Both the position numbers and the translations under genes were made by a program. Positions 1-13,200 of a DNA stretch of 33,633 nt are shown here, piece by piece; the stretch's first letter is position 1, and the number at the start of each line of letters is the position of its first letter. The DNA lies in assembly GCA_964200185.2 (NCBI GenBank), contig CAXNAD020000060.1, positions 1 through 33,633 of the forward strand. The letters run 5' to 3'. The notes under the pieces are model-generated. The model was not told where the DNA came from, made no database searches, and was given only the letters and a program-made list of their open reading frames with translations. This stretch comes from Choristocarpus tenellus KU-1152 (Eukaryota; Protista; Phaeophyceae).

Positions 1-3000
1 CTTTTTCTTTTTTTCCCCCAATTTGGCACCCCGGGGTGGACCCCCCCCCCCCCCCCCAAGATACTTTGGGTCTTCCTTTGAATTGACCAAGGGATACCCT
101 ACGTCACTTTACCAGATAATCTCTGACTCTACAAAGCATGTCACTAGGTTCATCAGCCCTGAATTCACTGGTGCTTCATTGCACTATGACACCCCTTCAT
201 TACAATCAACCTGTCACCATACAAGAGCACAATTAATTCAATCCCAGGTTTCCACGCGATGGTACTAATGAATTGAGGAGATCAGTCAGATTTCAATGAG
301 TACAGACCGATAAAGGAATCCAGCGGAGGAAATTGCCTCCATATGCTCCTCCAAGTAATGGAATCACTGAGACATCAAGCTGCCAATGCAGGGAGGTAGG
401 GGTCAGATAGTTAAGACAGGACTTGGGGAGGAGTTCTGTTTTTTTGCAGGGGCTGACATTGCCTAAAAGGTCTGGAGGAATGTGGGATGAGTATATTCAG
501 GGAGAGACTCCTCACGAGAGGAAAATGTTTCAACTATGACAAATGATGAAGTGGATGTTTTGCTCAATCAAGATCAAGCACTTGTTTGATACATCCTGAC
601 CCTGATTGGGTGACCAATGCTGAAGCATGGAGGAGTGTGACATTATACCTCCTCCTATCATGGGGCACCAATCGTATGGAGCTAGAAACTACAAAGGGTA
701 GTAACCTTACCCAACTCAGACCCTGAGAGGACAACTACGATTCAGGGTATATGTCATGCGATTTTAATTCGTGGCATTCTTAAGAAGAACAGTTTTTTGC
801 AGGATACAACGCCTTGGTATGAGGATATCTATGGGGCCCTACTGGCAACAACTTCTGAGGAGGTCAACAGTTGTCACACTAGACACATGGACATGAAGCT
901 GAAATGCACCAGAGAATATGTAGCATAGAAGTTTTTTGCGGTAATGTATGTGGTTACAACGAGACAGTTGGTGGACATACTAATAAGGCATCTTCACAAA
1001 GGCTCAATTTCTGTTTTTTGTTGAAGTTCTTTCCTGTTGAAAGTGAGCATTTCACACAGTGAGCCTCCACACTTACGTACAAAATTAATATGGAACTTAC
1101 ACATGTATCTATTGGTAGATAACTAGAAGAAACGTTGTAATATTCATATATGGAGTTTGTTAGTGATCTGGAAGGATTGGTATCCTAGAAGTTTATTATG
1201 TTGTACAAGTGTTTGCTCTCTTCTAGAACTATACCAACAGATTCTCTATACACTTAAAACAATGAATCACTCTTTAGCATTCCAACAATCTTAGTCACCT
1301 TGGTATGTTACACTGTGTAAGGGGCATCAAGTGAGACTCAGGATAGTCTCTTTTTTCTCCTTTCGTGTAAATAGCAAATACACTGACAGACTCCACAAGG
1401 GCCCACGGTCACAAGGAAGACATCACAAATGCGTGGCTCTAGGATGTACATAGAAGGAGTTCGCTCCTGTCATGATCTTGAAGCGTCATAAATGGTCCCT
1501 AGGACATCATATCTCTGTGCTTAGCGTTTCAGCGGAGAGGCATCGAAGAGTTAGGCTATTTTTATATTCCTGGCAGCATGAAAATATCCTTCTTTGGTGC
1601 AAACAGAGCGAAAAAGGCGAGGTGTCTGTTTATATCAGATTTTCTACCCTTTCTCCTAATAATATAGTGGTACCAGTAACTAACTTCCTCTGGGGTTGTT
1701 TTGTCACAACTTTCGATGTAGACACCGGATTGAGAAAATAAATAGCATATTCGTGATGCCCTGTTCACAAGGCCCTCCAGAGTACGGGCTTCGTTTTTTC
1801 CACCATTTTTTTTTACTTTTTATGAAGACAGAGGGCTCATATTGGGTGATGGACTCGCCGCTCTCTTCCTGCTTTCCTGAGGCAGCAGAGACTACAGAGC
1901 AGTGCTCCGACGTGGTTGAAGATCCAACCACGTTTGTGTGTGGTAATGCTTTCCATGCATCTTCTCTCAGCGTCAGTGTTGCGGCCGCGTGATCCATTCC
2001 ACGATTTGATGACGCTGCTGCGCTACACTAATTGCACTTTCTCGTCAACTTCGCACCAAGTGTCACACGGTACTTGCTTTTCTGTCGCCTCTCGATAGAG
2101 AAGGTGCCGAGGGTAGATCCAGGCGGTAGAGTGGCCTCGGCGGCTCTCCTTGTTTCACTGTCGTGGTTCATGTTGCTGTGTGGGCCTCTTGTGTGTGTGC
2201 TCACAAAAATTCTACAAATAATGGCGCTAATCTTCTTTCTTTATTTAGGTATCGCTACACGCGCCAAACTCTGGCGACGGACGACCTATTCTGCATCAGT
2301 TTTTTGCGGGAAGTTCAGCCAACAAATTTATTCTTGTCCGTTTTGAAGTCGCGACCATCAAAATTGCGCTGGAGATGTTCCCCCGTGGTTTTGACATTAT
2401 TTGATCGGGACATGGCTTCCCTTCCCCGAAGTTAGGACATTCATGGATGCAAATCTTCAAAAGTTCTTGACGTAAGGTTCATTTGATGTATATTGTTGTA
2501 TAATTCTTGTGGCGATACGGTGAAAAAAAACATTGCCACAGAGGGCAAAGCTACTGGTACCACCTTAGTAACCACACAAATATCCAATTCTCAGAAAAAT
2601 GATAGTACTGAAGGGCACACGTTATTGCTACCCTTTCCCCCTCCCTGGTAATTTGGAACCCAGTAGTAAGTGTACCATACGATTAAAAAAAGTTGAAAAC
2701 AAAAACGAATGCTCATGACAGATACACATAAAACCTAGTATAAGCAATACATTTTGTAATACAAACACAACCATACATTTCGTTGCAGGGTGGTTGACTG
2801 AGTGAGCAACCCTTTGTGAGGACTTTTGGTTGGCTAATATCATCATTATCATCCAGTTGACTATAATTATGATGCTGCCCTTGACTTCATTATCTCTATT
2901 TCCAACACCAAAGTCCTCGATTAACAGCAAGGGTAAAGTCAATCCTATACACTACATAATGGAGGGGGCAAACAAAGCGTAAGATCCTCACCTACCAACC

Positions 3001-4232
3001 TGTCTGTGTCTTCCTGCAATAGGGTGCAAGTATCCAATATGAAAATAGTGTTCAAGAGGGCACATGACACTGACTCTTTAAAATGGGCAGCAAATCCTCA
3101 CAGCATCCGTCGTCCATGTTTACCCCACAGAAGTGGTGTGATGTTGGTCGTAGGAGGCATGAGAGCTGTTTACCAAGGATAACACCCCAAATTACAAATG
3201 TCAAAATGAAATAAAGCTCTGCCTTGTATGTTGCTTTCTTGTTCCCTCCAGAACAGCACAACATGAAAAGCATCAGTGGGTACAAATATATTTTGGAGTG
3301 TTTGATACCTAGGTATTTAACACCATTGAGAAAAACCATGTGTATACGGACACTAAAATCATATCCTTCCACAGGATGAAGCAGAGTTGGTTAGTGGTAA
3401 CCATTGGATTACTCGTGACTGTTGGACATTCAATGCCAACAATCCGTCAAGCATGAATCTAGAACGGGTCAAAATGGAGAGGCCTTCCACACGGTATTTG
3501 ATGGATGAACCTGAGTCTCAAATTAGGACAAATTGATACATGTATCTACTGAAATATGACTTCATCCCTCCATCATTTGAAACAGCTTTTTCTTAGAGAG
3601 TGAACACATACATGTACACATTTACACCGTTGCGATTAATAATGCTATCCCCATATTATACACTTGAGCGTGTATAGTATAATTTGTAATAGAAGAGACA
3701 GGTCTATAAAATCATGATGATTACCCATATTTGCTCTTCACAGTCAAAACCCTTCACCAACATACTCTTCAACACATGAATGAGCAATGTCAAATAGCCT
3801 GTCTGAGATACTACAGGAGATCATGCCTCAGGATATGAGCAAAGAGGGCAAAAATAATACAATAGGAAAGCAAGTCGTTTTACCCTTCTAAAAATTGCTA
3901 CACATATTATAGGACATTTTTTGAGTTGTGTTGGAAAAGTTTCAAATAATAGAGAAATGAACGCTCAAAAAAATCAAATTTGGAACTTCATCTACATGAA
4001 TAAGATTGGATTATAAAAGAAAGACTACAATAGATATACCCACCCAACTCAACAAACATAACCTCCATCCAAGAAAGAACGGTCACTCGTATTGATCAAA
4101 CATTTACCGATTTATTTCTAACCTAAAGTTATTTCGGTTCACAGAACTAGTTGGGAAGAAATATTTTAGTTTGTTCGTGTGTGGGAGTGTAAAGTACACA
4201 GACTCTTGGCATCGAGAGTTTGGAGATTGATC

Positions 4233-7200
4233 ATGGCGGAGGCTCCAACTGCTGCTAGACACAGAAGTAGTAGCTTTGAGAGTGATGATGAAAGAGAACT
4301 GGGAGCAGATGACCTAAGCTCCGTGGCAGAAGAGATGGACATGGAGCACCAGCTTTTGGGCCAACTACAAGATCTACATGAGAGATTGGCTGATGTCCGA
4401 AAGGAGGTCAGCTGGTGGTTATCACCGGCCTGATTTATCTCTCATCCCGTGTTGCTGTGTTGTCTCGACGCAATGGGTCCGAATTTTCGTCGTGTGAGCT
4501 AATACCGACCGCGAAATTTCCACTCCTTGCAGCGTTCAGGATATACTGTGCAAAGGTATCCACCTGGCGAGATGGTGGTATTGCTCAGAGGAAAATCCAT
4601 GTGCTTGAACGTTGAATGGAGGTTCCCGTAGAACAGACAGAGCAAGAGCTAGCTCAAGGACCGATGAGGAAAACCACCTCGAATAACTATTGCCCACACC
4701 TAGTGCCCCTATTATTGCAATTGCAGGCAAAGGTGAAGCACCCCAGTGGCACCAAGATTGTAGAAGAGCACAACAAGCTTATAATTTGTGCAGTCCGCAA
4801 GCCGCTCAAGCTCAGCAAGTCGGTGGATGGGGACAGCTGGGTAAGCCAAATACGAGTCGTTAATAATTATTAGAGTGCCTTTGTTATGTTGGACATCTAA
4901 TCTGACTCGAGATAAGAGTGAAAATCTTCTACTCTGCTCCATGCAGTAATGCTCTTCCTCTGTGATGTTTCACCGCTGTGGAAACCCTTGATACTTTCTT
5001 CTCCAGGTATACGAGGAGAGCATGGGAGGATTCAAGAGTGCCATTGATTCCCTGATTGGCAGTAACAGGTGTGGGGTCCAATCACTTTAATTATTTGTAC
5101 AATGGTAAGGAAGATGCTGTAATACTAGATTCAGTTGTGCGATCTAAGGAGCGGGTTGAGTAAAGTTTTGGCCAAAGTCATAAAGTCATGTAAACTCTGT
5201 ACAACTACTGTGTTGTGCTTGCCTTCTCTTCATAGAATTCATAACTTCAACTGTTAAGAGTTGGTTTGATTCTTTCCTATCATGTTCCAGGGTTCGTTGG
5301 GTGAGCTGGCTTGGAGGAGTGGTGGATGCAGGTAGTCGAGCAGGAGTGCGTAAGAAGCTAGAGGAGAAGTACAACTGCACTCCTGTGTTTCTAACCCAGG
5401 AGGTGAGTGGCAGCTTCATGTGTCCAGGATAGCAATATTTTCCTGGTTCACATACCTTGTGACTCTCTCTATTATGTGTTACATCCTCTCAACATGTCTT
5501 TTGATTATGCTATTGCGCCTTAGGTGGAAGACTTATACTATCATCAATTCAGTCAGGGTGTGCTGTGGCCTCTTTTTCATTGCATTCCTACAAATTTCAA
5601 TGAGGGCCTTCTCGACAACTTTCCTGCACAATATGAGGTGATGTCAAGGCTTGAAGGAGGTGTGAGACGGTTTCCATGCAGATTAACATTGATTGTTTGT
5701 GTGCTTGGTGCACCACTATCCTTCCAAGCTTTCATGAGGTAGGCCGAATTGCTGTACCTATACTTCTTACCTGGTGTGGTTATATCTAACCAACTGGTAT
5801 TTCCTCATAATCATAATTCCTCACATAGGCTAACATGATTGACTTGCCTTGATTTGTTTACAGGCATACGCTCATGCCAATAAGCTCTTCCTTGAGGCAA
5901 TTGCTGGAATGTACGAGGAAGGGGATATTGTCCTGGTCCACGACTATGACCTCATGTTACTTCCAGCTTTGCTAAGGAAGAGGTTTCCTGATGTTACCTG
6001 TGGCTTCTTCTTGCACTGTCCATTCCCATCCACAGGTTAGGAATTAAGAGTGACTAGTGTGAGATCCATGTTAGACACTTGTAGCTCATGATTATTTATG
6101 CCCCAAAAGAAGTTCAACGAAGTTGCAGGGCCTCAAAAGAGTGCACATAAGAGACTTCAACAATCAATGCCATCAATTCCTGTGGTGAAGTCACTCGTCT
6201 GGGCACTGGGAACTTGTTTATGGTTGGGTTGCATGTATATGTTTATGTGTCCAAGAATACTGAGAGGATGTAACTCAATGATCACCACTTACAGCATGCA
6301 TGAGCCGGTGATGAGTCAACTGTGGTTTGCTCCTCAGTGTTTTTTTTGGGTTTGGTTACATGTACCAGTCTACGAGGGAATTGGATCCAAAGCTATTTGC
6401 TCAACAAAAACTAGCAGAGTCAGGACCACATGAAGTTTAGCAACAAGTGGCCCTGAAAGTGGTCTCTGGTCAAAGTGTGCCAAGATGGTATATTCGACAC
6501 AGTATGGCAAATACCCAAGGCAGAAATCTCCACAGGCAAAACCTGTAAATATCATTAGTGGAATAGAGGAATCTGATTTGTTCATGACCAGTAATAGCTT
6601 AAATGCAACTAGTACATGTATGCTGTTCAGGGTGCTACCGTAAAACCTGTGTGCGTTTTTGGGTTGTGGTTGAGTCCACTGGGATTCCTTGACAGTATCA
6701 ATATCATCCCAAAAAATGGACTTAGACAGCCCCGCACTCCATCCTCTGCTTTCTTTCCTATCCCAGAATTCTATCGCATGCTTCCAGTGCGACAAGTGCT
6801 CTTGGAAGGTATCCTTGGAGCTGACCTGGTGTCTTTCAACCACTTTGATTATGTGAGGCACTTCCTAAACTCTTGCACACGGTGAGAGAAATTTAGGTAC
6901 TCAATTCTTACGCATCTTGAGTGCTCATGTGGAAAGAGTTTAGATTCTAGAGGATGTAGTACCGATGTCTCTGAGGGACTAAACTATTACTTCCAAATTT
7001 CACCCTGATATCTTGCCTTGTTGATGCTTTGGTGTGCAGCATCCTGGGTCTGGAGTCATACCCGAGTCGGGTTGAATACAATGGGCGTCTAATCACTGTT
7101 AGCATCTGCCCAATGGGCATCAATCCTGAGGCTTTTGAGATGACATCTGATATCATGTGAGCATGAGAAACCAACAGTGTTGTGTGTAACACTGAAATCA

Positions 7201-10200
7201 TACGAATTGTGGCGTGAGTGTTTTGAGTGCCTTTATGAGTGAGAGTCCTGGTTTGTTATGTGCATGGCTAGTGTACTCTGATTTTTTTCTTCTTATTTGT
7301 GTACATGTTATAGCCTTCCACATGATTGTGCATATATTCGTTCTTATTGCATGCCAATCTTTTGTGCGTAATTGTGTTGACACTGAGTTGGAACTTGAAG
7401 CTAGTTATCTCTCCCTTGAGAGCATGTTGATTTCACACATCTATGACAGGTCATACATGGACCACCTTCGTCAGGGGTACAGCTTTGAGGATCGCAAGGT
7501 GCTAGTGAGCATTGATAGGCTGGACCTTAGCAAGGTTAGTGAAGAATGTGCAATGTGGGATGTTACTTTGCAAATTGTAGCGCTTGTGCCAACAAATCTT
7601 CCCTTGTGGGTTGCCTGCAATAGTTCAGGCAAGTTATGTTTGCTGTGTATGTATGTTTTGCTGTTTTTATGACTACATGGCTTCTTGATGTCATTTCACT
7701 TTCCACAGGGTATTCCACTCAAGCTTCTTGCTGTTGAGAGCCTTTTGGAGAAGTATCCGACCTTGAGGGGAAAGGTTGTTATGTTTGTTGTTGTTCGAGA
7801 TGATGGACGCAGGGGTGACAGGTAAGTCTCAGCAACATACAAGAGCGCTGTGCCAACTCAATCTTTCTTGTTTTATAACAAGTTTTATAACAAGTCTTTG
7901 GTTGACACATTTTTGTTTTTTAACAGGGATCTGCGCAAGGCCGTGGATGGACTAGTAGGTCGTGTCAATGGTAAATATGGAAAAACAGACTACTGCCCAG
8001 TGCACTACATCAAAAAGAAACTATTGCATAGGTGAGAAAGTTGGTGTGATGCTCACCTGATTTGAAAGTCTTGCGCAAAAGTGAATCTGATAATGTTAAG
8101 ACCATTTTACCAAAAAATATAAATGCTTTGTGGATGTATCTAGCTTGACATTGACTGTATGTTGGAACTGTAATTGTTGGAGAAGTGAGTTGATGGCTCT
8201 GATTTTTTCTCCTTTTCCACCTCTGTCAATGATAGATCACTAATTAAAAGAACATTAAGTGATTAAGTTTATACCATACTTGAAATTCAGGCATATATAT
8301 TAGTGTTTTTTACTACTCGTAATGCCTTCAAATTTAAATATTTTACTCTGTGGACAACATAATATTTGATACCAGCATTACCCAAGACTATGGTATCATA
8401 TTTGACTTAATGCAGGTGCTATTCATTACACTGTTTAAGTCAGTTTGCTCTGTAACATGTGTTGTCTGATCAACATTCAGGGGTCAGTGCTCTACGCTGT
8501 CAATTTGATCTGTAAAGTTCATTACACGTGATACCTTTTGCTTGGCAACATCTGTTGTCCGTAGCAACGCTTGTGGTCATTGACTCTACATCATCCGTTG
8601 TCCAGACAATACTACATTGTGTTTAATTCTGAGATGTTGATGTTTTACGCGAGTGTTGTGTTGCCTTAAGCGTATGTTTCTTTTGGGGGCTTTTCATCAA
8701 CTAGGCAGGTCTGGGCCATGGCATGGGGTTGGCCTCCACCCCAACTTTGTTGAAATAGCTGGTCATGTACTGAACCAGTTAGAATATATTGGAACTGGAC
8801 CAACCCGTGTCCTAACCAGTTCAAACAGTCGATGGTAGTGAATTGCCCAATCAGAATCATATGGTCAATGGTCTGACCAGCAAGATATGTGGCGCACTGC
8901 CCAGCCTGGTCAAAACATGCCAAATCGAGTGACCCACTATAAACATGCTATACTGCATATCTATCATACAGCATATATATATTTGAGTGCAATATACTCT
9001 GATGTAATACTACATACATAATGAAGATTTTGAAGGGTTTTTTTATTAAGCAGCCCTTGCAAACCTATTAGGTGCCCCTCATGTATGTACACAGTAAAGC
9101 CCAGTGAATTTTGTCCTTCCATCTCTCTATGTGTTGCCAGTGCCAGCTCTTGTCCTCGTTCATCCTCTACTGCTTGCAGTTGCATGAATTACTCTTCCCA
9201 AAAATAAATATAGAATCCTGTGAAATAGCACTCCATGGATTGGGCTTGCTTGAACCGATTCTAGCTTATCACTGTTAGTGACTCTCCTCCATCTTCCATA
9301 TCTGTTAACCATTTTCACCTCATGCGATGTCACAGTTACCAGCTCTCGTTACTAATAGCACTTGTTTACTTCAATGATTTGCAGACAAATCACATGCAGA
9401 CTGTACTAACCAACTGTGGACTGGACCATCTTCATTTTCCCAATCTGATGAAAAGTCACAAATATTGTTACATTATCCAGTATTTGGGTTCAAAGATTCG
9501 ATTTTGGAGTGTTAAATGTTGTCTTTAATTGCAAGGTTGGGATATTATGGACTCTACTGCAACTACGATGTATGATGTGGGGGGTGTCCCCCAATACTGT
9601 GCTTTTGATGAGATAAGGTTGATGAAAGATCAGCTATCTTGTGGATTGGATAGATAAATGACATATATTGGGATTTCTTTCGTTAACATAGCACCATCCC
9701 ATACAGCTGATTTGTGGTTGAGTAGCTTTGAAGGCTTTTCCCTTCATGAATTCTATGGGTTTGAAACCCCACCAATGCAAGACCTCTTTTCTTGGAAATC
9801 TGGTTTAGATTATCCAAAATCCAGTTGGTAACCACTACAGATTTTACACCTGTATTATCCTATCTCTCGTTAAACAACCAAAACCCTGGACCAAGAACAG
9901 TTGCAAGGCTTTATTGCTGAGTGAGACTGAAGTGTGTCTATCACGAGATTTGAGGGAGGTGGAGATAAGTCCAATCGCTGAACCCAATACATGAGTAGGG
10001 AGGCATGAACGGAGGCAGTGCAATAAGTTGTGGTGTACCAGTTATTTACTGTAGGTCTATGTGAGTACAACAGTGTGTAGTGCCTCTGGCACAGGTTGGG
10101 AAAGTTCCTGGACTAAGTTAAGATGATAATTTGTTATATTCCCACACACCAACCATTTTTCAAAGGCAGAGAAAGTTTTTCAAATCGTACTGAGTGCCTC

Positions 10201-13200
10201 CAGTTAACCCCCTCTCTTTTTTTTGCCTCTGGTCAACTCATTCCAATTACAAGTCGAATAGAAACATGTGAAGGCTAAAAACTGATGTGTGCTCAGAGGA
10301 TAGGATAAGTAGTGCAAGGGTTGAAAATGAAAAGCTAAAGACAAATGTCAACAATACCTCAATCATCTCTTGATTTGCTGAAGGCAGAAAAAGTTCGCCT
10401 TGCCACAGCAACCTGCCTTTTTTTTGGAAGATGATAAATTTGAGCAGCACCATCTTCCAGGAACAATTGTAACTGCAAAACATTAAGTACCTTTTTGGCT
10501 GTGCATAGGGCATGGGCATCTTGTTGCAATTTGTACAAGTAGGGTGTCTACTTCAAATTGAAAATATCCTGTACTCATGATGTAATTGATACTCAAAGGT
10601 GTCTGACATCCAATATTTGAAATCTTGTTACACTGTACACATGATACCGTAATGGGAGGCATAAAAGTTGCTACTGTGGATCCTCAGCCGCAACACATCA
10701 TGCAATATGGTTCAATTTTTCAACCTACCTGCGCTGTTTCCATTGACAGGGAAATGGTGGCACTGTGGGCATTGGCAGATGTAGCCCTTGTAACTAGCTT
10801 GCGGGAGGGAGTCAACCTTGGTGCCATGGAATTCATTGCATGCCAGCAGGAGGCTCGACAGGGGGTTCTAGTTTACAGGTATATATGATGAAAAGTATTT
10901 CAGATATTTGAATCTTGCTTTGTATCAGCCAGAAGTCTTGCACCAACTTCATGACAATCCAGAGAACTGCAAGTAGTCATTTTATAGCCACGAAACCATG
11001 TACATCATTCTTATAATAGATAATATCTACACTCGCCCTCCTTACCCTCCTTACCGTCCTTACTTTGTTTCACTGCACCTTGCGGTTCTGTAGTGAATTT
11101 GCTGGCTGCGCTACATCATTCAAGGGGGCGATGTTGGTTAATCCTTACGATCCTGACAAGGTCGCAGAGACAATTAATACAGCGCTCACAATGCCGGTAT
11201 GTGGTGTGTGGTGTATCATTTATTTCTTGATGGAAAACAAAGGGAGAGATCTGCATTGTGTTAATGAATATGTGAAGTTTCTCATCAAGTTGGATCTCAA
11301 CATCTCTAGTTCAGTGTAGCTTGTGGCGTGCCTGTTCATCTGTGCATGTTTGGCACTCCAATTTGTTGGTAAAGGATAGAAAGTTTTTAGTGTTCTTCAT
11401 TATTATCAGTCAGCAAATGATGGCACCACAAGTGCTTGAGGTAGGCAGTGTAGGTTTAACATCATTTTGAAAACACTGAATTTGTTTACAGGTAATGACA
11501 AAAAAGATCAGACACCACCAGCTGTCTAGCTATGTCAACCGCTACACAAGTGATCTCTGGGCAAAAAGGATTGTTTCCTCTTTGCAACAAGCAGGACAGA
11601 AGGCAAGGGAGTACAACCGATTGCAAAAGCTGGACACAGGCTATTTACAGGTGGACCAAGAAGATTTTGTAAATCAGCACTGGGAGAACTTGGTTTTTGT
11701 GTGTTGTTCACTCTGGAAGCTAAGATGTACGTGTTTTCTGTGTGCTCTTTGCCAACCAAGTAGTAATTTGAAATGTCTTGCAGCGGCAATTTATTAGTTA
11801 GACAGATTCAGCATTTTTAATTGTTAACTACCACATGCGAACCCAGATAAGAGAGTTGAGGGAAAATATGTCATTGATGTTGGCATGTCAAATCAATCAT
11901 ATTATCTAAACATGCAAGGAAAGGGTCAAATGATCCAATTTCAGATTTTTGTCTTAGCAGTCCTAGTTTGAGTGTTAGTATATGCTAAAGGTGGTTACAG
12001 GACCTTACTCCAATAAGGTCAATTTCTGTTAGTTTTGATTGTTACCTTGCTAACCCTAACCCTAACCATCTCCAGTCGTTTTATGGTCGAAGTCGACGAA
12101 GGCTGCTTGTCTTTGATTATGACGGGACGCTGGTGGCTCATCATTCTTTGGCACAGCTTTCTGCACCCCCTCCTGCTCTTCTTCATGTTCTTGAGTCACT
12201 GTGTGAGGTAAGATTGCCGTTGATGCATGTTAGGGTATGGAACATGGTCCATGTTCACAGAGTGCTTTAGTTCATCATGATTCATTGATTTGCATCCTTT
12301 AACTCTATCATTCCACCTGGACAAACACCTTGTCCTCCCACTTGTTTGCACAATAAGTGGTAGTACATGTTGTAAGGCCTTTGGTTGTGGTGACTGTTGA
12401 TCTTGATGCCTAAAATATGAAAGTTGTGTGTGAGAAAGACAATATAGTATTGTTTACCTGAGTGATGAGGCTTTGAATCCACACTGCCTCACTACAAAAT
12501 TGATTCCAATTACTTCAATTCCTCCCCAATATCCTGAGCAATCGCACAGGAGAAGATGTAGTGCCTTTTGTCCTGTTGTGAGTGCTTTGTTATGACAAGA
12601 TCACCAATTGACTGATTTTCTAAGAAAACTCCTGCCCTCAAGGAACTTCAACCCAGAAGTGGTCTTTTGTTGCAAAGTGAAGAGGAGTTGTTAAATCTTG
12701 TTAAATCACCCAAGTGCGCACTTTTGTGGGAACAGAGCAGATAATAGCCTGTATTTTTTTAGCCCACTTTCTAGACATTCAACACTAGTGAATACCCAAA
12801 ACATCTGTCTACATAGCCTCAGGTACAGCACTAGATAGTTGACTCATGGGACAAATGTAAATATACCAAAGAATAGAGAAGGGATTTGACCAAATCAAAA
12901 GGAAAGAAATCTAATTAGTGAAAACTTAAATGACTGCGAGCACTCTTCTCCTTGTTGCTTATTATCTCTTGATTTTTGTAAAAAATAGCATTTTTTTTTA
13001 ATGTTTACAACTATCTCTCACCTTGGAAAGTGCAACACTCAGTGCCAGCATTTCTGTAGCGTGTTTGACTATATTCTACCTATATTGTGTGTTTTATCCA
13101 TGAGAAAGAATTCGGTCATTTTGCTATACATCTGTTGTCAATTTGCTCCATAAGTCCGTATTGTCAGGGTAACAAGCTGAACCATTTCATTAGTAACTCC

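Noticed and set aside
23-268. 81-aa ORF with poly-Pro
   Set aside because: TTG start and a poly-C run, with no recognisable motif. It may be a repeat end but this is unsupported.
3052-3372. VKYLG in a minus-strand ORF suggesting reverse transcriptase
   Set aside because: No upstream YxDD or other RT motifs; five residues are insufficient.
4533-4726. Possible extra TPS exon after the acceptor-like ttgcag at 4532
   Set aside because: The frame in phase with exon 1 reaches a TAG at about 4629-4631, and exon 1 joins 4727 cleanly without it.
8700-8940. Possible MITE in TPS intron 11
   Set aside because: The ends do not form a convincing inverted repeat and no target-site duplication is visible.
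11037-11063. (TCCTTAC)x3 resembling a U12 branch site in TPS intron 12
   Set aside because: The donor is GTATAT, not GTATCCTT, and the motif lacks the AAC; it is a simple 9-bp tandem repeat.
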